36,571 bases of DNA from Syntrophaceae bacterium (GTDB lineage: Bacteria > Desulfobacterota > BSN033 > UBA1163), in NCBI GenBank assembly GCA_018333715.1, contig JAGXSW010000069.1:1-36571 (forward strand), given 5' to 3'. The notes under the pieces were generated by a model. It was not told where the DNA came from. It was given only the letters and a program-made list of their open reading frames with translations, and searched no databases. This document shows positions 25,486 through 32,786 of the stretch, one piece after another; the stretch's first letter is position 1, and each line of letters starts with the position of its first letter. The position numbers were made by a program, and so were the translations under genes.

Positions 25486-25712
25486 CACCAAATTCCAAAC
25501 ACCAATAACCAAAATTTAATCCCCTCAGTTATGGGGAAGATTTTTATAATATATGTAGCGCCCTCATTTATTGAGGGCGGAGTCCGTCCCGACTAAATCG
25601 GGACGCTACAAAAAGAGTGTTTGGTTATTGGAGCTTATTTGGAGCTTGCCTGCGCCTGCCCTGCCTACCGGCAGGCAGGCGCAGGCAGGGAATTTGGTGA
25701 TTGGAATTTCAA
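25486..25712. repeat. nested palindrome complex between hdrC and hdrB
   Basis: Outer ATTGG-word arms (25486-25515 versus 25619-25631 plus 25690-25710) enclose a two-hairpin REP unit (25554-25610) and a GC-rich palindrome gcctgcgcctgcc...ggcaggcgcaggc (about 25648-25689). Confidence 0.75.
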
Positions 25713-25734
25713 TCATTGACCAAGGAGATAAAAG

Positions 25735-26586
25735 ATGAAAGAGGTTTCTTACTATCCTGGATGTTCCCTTCATGGGACTGCGAGGGAATACGATGAATCG
25801 ATTCGGGGCGTCTCCGAGCTTCTCGGCCTTCAGCTCCATGAGTTAGAAGATTGGACCTGTTGCGGCGCCAGTTCTGCCCACTGCACGGATGAAGCGCTGG
25901 CCATCGACCTCGCCGCCCGCAACCTTGCCATTGCAGAGAAGAGCCGGCGGGAGTTGCTCGTCCCCTGCGTGGCCTGCTACAGCCGTTTTAAGGTTGCGGA
26001 AAAAGAGGTCAAGGAACACTCCGCCAAACTTCGCTTCTCCTATCAGGGAAATGTTCCTATTCGTTACTCTCTCGACTTCTTCTGTGACGAATCGATTCTC
26101 GAACAGGTGAAGAAGAAACGAGTGAAACCTCTCAAAGGCCTCAGGGTTGTCTGTTATTATGGATGTTTGACAGTTCGGCCTCCCCAGTTGACCGGAATAA
26201 AGAAGTATGAGGATCCAGTGCATATGGACCGCTTGATGGAGATACTGGGCGCGGAACCCATCCCCTGGTCCTATAAGACTGACTGTTGCGGGGCCAGCCT
26301 GGTGATGACACGGACAGACATCGTCAGGAGATTGGGTGGGAAACTCCTCTCCATGGCAAAAGAGGCTGAGGCGGACTGTCTGGTCACAGGCTGTCCCATG
26401 TGTCACTCCAATCTCGATACCCGTCAGGATGAACTGGGCAAGGAGGTTGGAGATAATTTCGACATCCCCATCCTCTATTTTTCGGAGTTAATGGGGCTGG
26501 CTCTTGGCCATAAAGATGCGAAAAAGTGGTTCGGCCACCATATCACCGATCCAATTAAAGTGCTGAGTGCAAAGGGGTTAGTGTAG
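25735..26586 (+). CDS. hdrB: heterodisulfide reductase subunit B-like (two CCG domains)
   Basis: YYPGCSL, WTCCGASS, YYGC, TDCCGASL, CPMCH. 283 aa. Confidence 0.9.
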   Translation: MKEVSYYPGCSLHGTAREYDESIRGVSELLGLQLHELEDWTCCGASSAHCTDEALAIDLAARNLAIAEKSRRELLVPCVACYSRFKVAEKEVKEHSAKLRFSYQGNVPIRYSLDFFCDESILEQVKKKRVKPLKGLRVVCYYGCLTVRPPQLTGIKKYEDPVHMDRLMEILGAEPIPWSYKTDCCGASLVMTRTDIVRRLGGKLLSMAKEAEADCLVTGCPMCHSNLDTRQDELGKEVGDNFDIPILYFSELMGLALGHKDAKKWFGHHITDPIKVLSAKGLV

Positions 26587-26654
26587 CGAGAAAAAATCCG
26601 AAGCACGAAACAAATTCGAATGTTCGAAAATAAAAATGTCCCAAACAAAAAGTT

Positions 26655-26800
26655 TTGTAACATTTTAGCTATTTGAAAAAACTTCATAAAATCCCTCCCC
26701 ACCTCCCTTTGCCCTCCGGGTCAGAGACCGCTCTGGGTCGGAGACCAAAGGGAGGAGAAATACTTCCCTCTTTGAAAAAGGGGGACTGAGGGGGATTTAG
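26655..26800. repeat. copy of the aaaatccctcccc multi-hairpin element (left end homologous to 32542-32600)
   Basis: About 56 nt, ttgtaaca...cttcataaaatccctccccacctcccttt, are near-identical to 32542-32597. An extra nested hairpin sits in the first loop. No right TIR is seen. Confidence 0.75.
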
Positions 26801-26872
26801 GATTTGTTTCGAATTGGTCCTAAGAGGACGCTTCGCCCGATATTCGGATTTCGGATTTAAGTGAGGGAAATA

Positions 26873-29800
26873 ATGGTTGACAAAATCGGAGCTGTGATGG
26901 TCGTCGGAGGCGGAATCGCCGGGATCCAGGCTTCCCTCGATCTTGCTGAATCTGGTTTCTATGTCTATCTTGTGGAATCCTCACCCGCCATTGGCGGAGT
27001 GATGGCCCAGCTCGACAAGACCTTCCCGACCAACGACTGCTCGATGTGTATTCTCTCCCCTAAATTGGTCGAGGCCGGCCGTCACCTCAACGTCATGCCT
27101 CTCACCTATTCCGAGGTAGCGGAGGTCACGGGAGAACCCGGAAACTTCGAAGTGACCGTGAGGAAGAAACCCCGTTTCGTTGATCCTTCCAAATGCACGG
27201 GATGCGGAGAATGTCCTGAGGCCTGCCCGGTCCATATCAAGAGTCAATTTGACGAAGCCCTGGTTGACCGAAGAGCCATCTACCGCCCCTATGCCCAGGC
27301 CTTCCCAAATATCTTTACGATTGAAAAAGGGGAACGGGCCCCATGCGGCCTCACCTGCCCTTCCGGCATAAATGTCCAGGGTTATATCGCTCTGATCAGC
27401 GCCGGAAAATATAAGGAAGCCTTCTCTTTAATATGGGAGAACCTGCCCCTTCCCGGGGTCCTGGGCCGGATATGTCCCCATCCCTGTGAAAAGGAGTGCA
27501 ATCGCAAGGATCTGGACGAACCCGTAGCGATCTGTGAACTGAAACGATTTGTGGCCGATCAGGTTCACCCCGTTAGAAAGGATGGGGCTTTAGATCCCAC
27601 CATTTCCAAGAAAATAATAGATCATTCTTACCCATCCCTATCCAAAGAGGTAGGGAATTCTAACGGGGTCAAGACAGGACTTCCTGTGCAGAAGGAAGAG
27701 GCAAAGGAAGAGAAAGTGGCTGTGGTTGGTTCCGGGCCCGCCGGGTTGACCGCTGCAGCCTATTTGGCTCTAAAAGGATATCCTGTGACGATCTTTGAAG
27801 CCCTTCCTGTAACGGGTGGAATGCTTTATACGGGAATTCCTTCCTACCGCCTTCCGAGAGACATTCTGGCCGAAGAGATCAAGGCCATTCAGTCCCTTGG
27901 CGTGGAGATCAAGACCAACTCCCCCATCGGTCCCAACCTTACCATCGATGACCTCTTCCGGCAGGGATACCGGTCTGTCTTTCTCGGTGTGGGCGCCCAT
28001 CAGGATCAGAAACTGAACATTCCCGGCGAGGACAATCCGAATGTCATCCCGGGCGTTGTCTTCTTACGAAAAGCCAATCTTAATGAGAAGGTTGCGGTGG
28101 GGAAAAGAACGGCTGTGATCGGCGGAGGAAATGTGGCGATCGATGCGGCCCGCTCGGCCCTGCGTCTCGGTTCAGAGGAAGTCACGGTCATCTATCGCCG
28201 CTCGCGGGACGAGATGCCTGCCTATGAAGAAGATGTAAAAGAGGCGGATGAAGAGGGAATCAAATTCCAGCTTCTCGCCGCTCCCACAGAGATCATTCTT
28301 AAAGATGGAAAGATCTCCTCTCTCCGATGCATCCGCATGGAATTGGGAGAGCCGGATTCATCCGGGCGAAGAAGGCCCATTCCGGTTCAGGGCTCGGACT
28401 TCTCTATCGAGGCCGATACGGTCATCCCTGCCATTGGCCAGATGCCTGATCTCTCTTTCTTAAAAGGGACGGAGATTGAGACCACTCCCCAGGGAACGAT
28501 CAAGACCGATCCGACCACCTTCCAGACATCGAAGCAAGGAGTTTTTTCCGGAGGCGATGCGGTCACCGGACCCTGGATTGCCATTGAGGCCGTGGCCGCA
28601 GGCAAAGAAGCAGCCATCTCGATTGACCGGCATCTCAGAGGCAAAGACCTTCAGGAGGGAAGAAAGAAACCCGATATCCAAAAAGCTCGATTTGAAGAAA
28701 TCTATGCCGATCAACCCAAAGCCCCAAGAGCGCGGATGGAGACGGTCCCCCTTGAGGAGAGAAGAAGAACCTTTTCAGAGGTCAAGAAGGGCTTCACTGA
28801 ACAAGAGGCAAAAAGGGAAGCCCTCCGATGCCTCAACTGCGGGCTCTGCTCCGAATGTCTCCAGTGTGCGGCCATTTGCAAAGCAGGAGCCATTAACCAT
28901 CAGATGGAAGAAGAGACCGTCCGTTTCAGCGTGGGTTCGATCATCCTGAGCCCCGGCTTTGATGAATATGATGCAAACCGGCTGGCCCCTTATGGATATG
29001 GCAGGCTTCCCAATGTGATCACGAGCATTCAATTCGAACGGATTCTCAGCGCCTCAGGCCCTTTTCAGGGAAATCTGCTGAGGCCTTCGGACCAAAAAGC
29101 GCCCAGGAAGGTCGCCTGGATCCAGTGCGCAGGCTCCAGGGACATGACTGGAAATTGCGGAAATGAATACTGCAGTTCGGTCTGCTGCATGTATGCCATC
29201 AAAGAGGCGGTGATCGCTAAAGAACACCACCACGAAGTCGAGCCCACGATCTTTTATATGGATATCCGCGCCCATGGAAAGGATTTCGACGCCTACTTCG
29301 AGAGGGCGAAGAAGGAATACGGCGTCCGGTTCATACGCTCGATGGTTTCCCGGGTGGCCGAAAGACCGAAGTCAAAAAATTTGATCATCTCCTATGTGGA
29401 TCCCGAAGGTAAACTAAAAGAGGAGGAATTTGATCTCGTCGTCCTTTCTGTGGGATTAACCCCATCTCAGGGAGCAAAAGAACTTGCCTCCAAACTCGGA
29501 TTGGCGCTCGATCCCTATGGGTTCTGCAAGACAGAGGAGTTTTCTCCCCTTCAGACCAGCCGGCCGGGAGTCTATGTCTGCGGCGCCTTTCAGGGACCCA
29601 AGGATATTCCGGAGACCGTTGCCCAGGCAAGCGGGGCAGTCGCCGCCGCCTCAAGCCTCCTCTCCGATGTCCGCGGCGCCTTGACAAAGAAGAAGGACTA
29701 TCCTGAAGAGTTTGATGTGAGCGGGCAGAAGCCGAGGATCGGCGTTTTTGTCTGCCACTGCGGGATTAACATCGGAGGCGTGGTCAATGTTCCGGAAGTT

Positions 29801-31417
29801 AAGGACTACGCCCGGACGCTCGAGGGCGTGGTCTTTGTGGAGGAAAACCTCTACACCTGTTCTCAGGACACCCAGGAGAAGATCAAGAAGGCTGTCGAGG
29901 AGAACCAGTTGAACAGGGTGGTCGTGGCTTCTTGTTCGCCGAGAACGCATGAGCCCATGTTTCAGGAGACGATTCGGGAGACCGGCCTCAATAAATATCT
30001 CTTTGAGATGACCAATATCCGGGATCAGTGTTCCTGGGTCCATATGCGCCAGCCTAAAGAGGCTACGGAAAAGGCAAAAGAACTTCTCCGGATGGCGGTG
30101 GCAAAATCCCATCTCCTTCAACCCTTGAAAGAACCTCTGGTGGAGGTCATCAAAAAAGGCCTGGTCATCGGAGGCGGGCTCTCCGGAATGAAGGCCGCCC
30201 TGGGCCTGGCTCAACAGGGATTTGATTGCGCGCTGGTGGAGAGAGAACCGGAACTGGGTGGAAATCTCCGGCATATCCATCACACCATTGAGGGAAATGA
30301 TCCACAGGAACTTCTCCGTAAGACGATCAAAGAAGTTCTTGAAAATCCTCGAATCCAGGTCTTTATAAAATCAGAACTCAAAAACCTCAATGGCTATATC
30401 GGAAATTTTAAATCGGTCATTTCGACGAACGGAACTGAAAAAGAGGTCGAACACGGCGTGGTCGTTGTTGCGGTTGGGGCCAAAGAAAACACGCCGAAGG
30501 AATACCTCTATGGCCAGGATCCGAGGGTGATCACGCAGAAAGAACTCGAAGAGAGGATCGCCCTTCACGGGGAAGAGGTGAGCGGAAGCCGCCATATCGT
30601 CATGATTCAATGCGTGGGATCCCGAATTCCGGAACATCCCAACTGCAGTCGAATCTGTTGCTCTGTCGCCGTGAAGAATGCGTTGAAGATCAAAGAGAAG
30701 AATCCCGATGCAAAGGTAACCGTCCTCTATCGCGACATCCGGACCTACGGTTTGATGGAGAAATATTATACCCGGGCAAGAAATCAGGGGATCGAATTCG
30801 TTCAGTACGATCTCGACTCAAAACCTGATCTGAGCATCGCAGAAGGAAACCTCCTGCTTAAAATCAAAGACAAAATCCTTGGAGAAGAAGTCAGCCTGCG
30901 GCCCGATCTCGTTGTGCTGGCGAGTTCCATTTTGCCTTATGAGAATGAAACTCTGGCGAAGATGCTCAAGGTGCCTTTGACTGCGGACGGATTCTTCCTC
31001 GAAGCTCATATGAAACTCCGGCCTGTCGATTTTGCGACGGATGGGATCTTCCTGGCTGGATTGGCCCATTTCCCAAAGAGCATCAGCGAATCCATTTCTC
31101 AGGCCGACGCTGCTGTGGCCCGCGCCACTGCCGCCGTGGCCAAAGGATATGTGAGCGTGCTTCCGACCATCTCCGAGGTGGATCAGACGCGGTGTGTGGG
31201 ATGCGGCCTCTGTGAATTGCTCTGCCCCTTTAATGCGATTCGTGTGGTGGAAACCGAAAAAGGAAGTAAGGCCGAGACGATTGCGGCCTCGTGTAAGGGA
31301 TGCGGGGTCTGTAGCGCCAGTTGCCCGCAGATGGCGGCTACGGTTTATCATTTCTCCGATAAACAGTTGATTGCCCAGATCGAGGCTCTTGGCCCTGCAA
31401 AGGAGAAGGCCGCTTGA
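26873..31417 (+). CDS. hdrL: HdrL-type giant tandem HdrA with inserted GltD/NfnB-like NAD(P)H:FAD module
   Basis: VVGGGIAGIQASL, TFPTNDCSMCI. Then a GltD-type Fe-S N-terminus (CGLTCPSG...RICPHPCEKEC), VAVVGSGPAGLTAA and AVIGGGNVAIDAA, before the HdrA body resumes (WIQCAGSRD, VCHCGINIGG, second GGGLSGM module, C-terminal 2x[4Fe-4S]). SD gaggg favours ATG 26873 over GTG 26861. Confidence 0.85.
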   Translation: MVDKIGAVMVVGGGIAGIQASLDLAESGFYVYLVESSPAIGGVMAQLDKTFPTNDCSMCILSPKLVEAGRHLNVMPLTYSEVAEVTGEPGNFEVTVRKKPRFVDPSKCTGCGECPEACPVHIKSQFDEALVDRRAIYRPYAQAFPNIFTIEKGERAPCGLTCPSGINVQGYIALISAGKYKEAFSLIWENLPLPGVLGRICPHPCEKECNRKDLDEPVAICELKRFVADQVHPVRKDGALDPTISKKIIDHSYPSLSKEVGNSNGVKTGLPVQKEEAKEEKVAVVGSGPAGLTAAAYLALKGYPVTIFEALPVTGGMLYTGIPSYRLPRDILAEEIKAIQSLGVEIKTNSPIGPNLTIDDLFRQGYRSVFLGVGAHQDQKLNIPGEDNPNVIPGVVFLRKANLNEKVAVGKRTAVIGGGNVAIDAARSALRLGSEEVTVIYRRSRDEMPAYEEDVKEADEEGIKFQLLAAPTEIILKDGKISSLRCIRMELGEPDSSGRRRPIPVQGSDFSIEADTVIPAIGQMPDLSFLKGTEIETTPQGTIKTDPTTFQTSKQGVFSGGDAVTGPWIAIEAVAAGKEAAISIDRHLRGKDLQEGRKKPDIQKARFEEIYADQPKAPRARMETVPLEERRRTFSEVKKGFTEQEAKREALRCLNCGLCSECLQCAAICKAGAINHQMEEETVRFSVGSIILSPGFDEYDANRLAPYGYGRLPNVITSIQFERILSASGPFQGNLLRPSDQKAPRKVAWIQCAGSRDMTGNCGNEYCSSVCCMYAIKEAVIAKEHHHEVEPTIFYMDIRAHGKDFDAYFERAKKEYGVRFIRSMVSRVAERPKSKNLIISYVDPEGKLKEEEFDLVVLSVGLTPSQGAKELASKLGLALDPYGFCKTEEFSPLQTSRPGVYVCGAFQGPKDIPETVAQASGAVAAASSLLSDVRGALTKKKDYPEEFDVSGQKPRIGVFVCHCGINIGGVVNVPEVKDYARTLEGVVFVEENLYTCSQDTQEKIKKAVEENQLNRVVVASCSPRTHEPMFQETIRETGLNKYLFEMTNIRDQCSWVHMRQPKEATEKAKELLRMAVAKSHLLQPLKEPLVEVIKKGLVIGGGLSGMKAALGLAQQGFDCALVEREPELGGNLRHIHHTIEGNDPQELLRKTIKEVLENPRIQVFIKSELKNLNGYIGNFKSVISTNGTEKEVEHGVVVVAVGAKENTPKEYLYGQDPRVITQKELEERIALHGEEVSGSRHIVMIQCVGSRIPEHPNCSRICCSVAVKNALKIKEKNPDAKVTVLYRDIRTYGLMEKYYTRARNQGIEFVQYDLDSKPDLSIAEGNLLLKIKDKILGEEVSLRPDLVVLASSILPYENETLAKMLKVPLTADGFFLEAHMKLRPVDFATDGIFLAGLAHFPKSISESISQADAAVARATAAVAKGYVSVLPTISEVDQTRCVGCGLCELLCPFNAIRVVETEKGSKAETIAASCKGCGVCSASCPQMAATVYHFSDKQLIAQIEALGPAKEKAA

Positions 31418-31499
31418 TGAAAGATCCATTGCAAAATGAGCATTGCAAAATTAACAATGCAAAATGGATCTATTATTGCTGGGTAAATGGAATTTAAAA

Positions 31500-31670
31500 T
31501 GCACCTTTTCCGTCATGCCGGACCTGAGGAGCCTGCCCCGTACTTGATACGGGGGCATCCAGACGTCGTCCCGACGAAAGTCGGGAACCATTTCAAAGAC
31601 TTGGTCCCGGTTTTCACCGGGAACCCTGGATTCCGGCTGGAGTTTATCCCGATGAAAATCGGGGCCGGAA
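31500..31670. repeat. cluster of REP-like hairpins
   Basis: ccccgta-cttga-tacgggg (31536-31554), tcccgac-gaaa-gtcggga (31569-31587), tcccgg-ttttca-ccggga (31605-31622), ttccggc...gccggaa carrying a nested hairpin (31631-31670). Confidence 0.75.
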
Positions 31671-31781
31671 TGAAGACCTTTTTGAAAACTGTTAGTTTAT
31701 AAACAGACTCTAAATAACCATTATGAATTGCTAATTGCTAATTTTGCAATTTGCAATGATTATTAAATTAAGGCGCTGAAA

Positions 31782-32537
31782 ATGACGTTCGAACCCAAAA
31801 TCCTATCATTTCTTTGTAACTGGTGCGCCTATGCCGGGGCGGACCTGGCAGGCATCTCCCGTTTTCAGTACCCTCCCAACAGCCGCGTGATCCGGGTGAT
31901 GTGTTCCGGAAGGGTTGACCCCTCTTTCGTCCCAAGGGCTTTTCTTGCAGGATATGATGGCGTCATGATCCTCGGATGCCATCCCGGAGACTGCCATTAC
32001 CTGACCGGAAATTATCAGGCTGAGAAAAAAATTATCCTCACCCGGAAATTACTGGAGATGGCTGGAATCGGATCGGATCGGCTTCTCCTCGACTGGGTCT
32101 CCGCCGGCGAGGGGGAGCGTTTTTCTCAGGTGATCCGCCAGTTCGTCGAGAAGATTCGAGGCCTGGGCCCCTTCCCTCTCGATCAGGAGATGAAAGGGAA
32201 ACTCCATGCGGTCAAAGCCTCTCTTGAAGGGGAAAAGATCCGCTGGATGGTGGGCAAGGGGCCTGAACTCATGGAAAAAGAGAACGTCTATCACGAACAA
32301 CTTCCCAAAGAGAGATTGGATGCGGCGATCGAGACGACCATTCGTGATGAGTTGATAAAAAATCGAATTATCGCATTGGTGGAATCAAAACCCTTGCCTG
32401 CCGCAGAGATCAGTCAAACATTAAACCTTAAATTGAATGAGACGCTCTCCTTCCTGGTCTCATTGATTGGCGAAGGAAAAATCGGTTTCGATCCCTCGGA
32501 GGAGGGAAAAATTCCAAAGTACATACGAAACGTCTAA
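31782..32537 (+). CDS. mvhD: MvhD-like subunit with ~110-aa C-terminal extension
   Basis: FEPKILSFLCNWCAYAGADLAG...VMCSGRVD...GCHPGDCHYLTGN. The extension ends in a helix-rich segment IIALVESKPLPAAEISQTLNLKLNETLSFLVSLIGEGKI. Confidence 0.85.
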   Translation: MTFEPKILSFLCNWCAYAGADLAGISRFQYPPNSRVIRVMCSGRVDPSFVPRAFLAGYDGVMILGCHPGDCHYLTGNYQAEKKIILTRKLLEMAGIGSDRLLLDWVSAGEGERFSQVIRQFVEKIRGLGPFPLDQEMKGKLHAVKASLEGEKIRWMVGKGPELMEKENVYHEQLPKERLDAAIETTIRDELIKNRIIALVESKPLPAAEISQTLNLKLNETLSFLVSLIGEGKIGFDPSEEGKIPKYIRNV

Positions 32538-32541
32538 ATGA

Positions 32542-32732
32542 TTGTAACACTTCAGCGCTTTGAAAAAACTTCATAAAATCCCTCCCCACCTCCCTTTTCC
32601 AAAGGGAGGAGAAATGCTTCCCCCTTTGTAATCTTTTTCCTGTCAAAGACAGGCAAAAGGGGGATTGAGGGGGATTTAGGAAATGACGATATCTTGATAA
32701 GACCTCTTTTTCAAAAAACTAAAGTGTTACAA
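32542..32732. mobile_element. MITE-like element (191 nt) with ~27-nt imperfect TIRs around a purine/pyrimidine multi-hairpin core
   Basis: Left end ttgtaacacttcagcgctttgaaaaa. The reverse complement of the right end is ttgtaacactttagttttttgaaaaa. The core matches 26680-26800. Confidence 0.7.
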
Positions 32733-32786
32733 ATAATTTAGTTCATCGTTCATAGTTCATTGTCCATCGTCCGGAGTTTTTAACCT

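Noticed and set aside
26475-26702. Minus-strand 75-aa ORF sharing GRDFMKFFQ with the 32428-32646 ORF, which looked like a small gene family
   Set aside because: The shared peptide is the translation of the shared repeat element (cttcataaaatccctcccc...). It does not indicate a conserved gene.
29651-31429. Minus-strand ORFs of 210 aa and 203 aa (and likewise 32808-33413)
   Set aside because: They are antisense shadows inside hdrL and the tandem hdrA, with no independent support.
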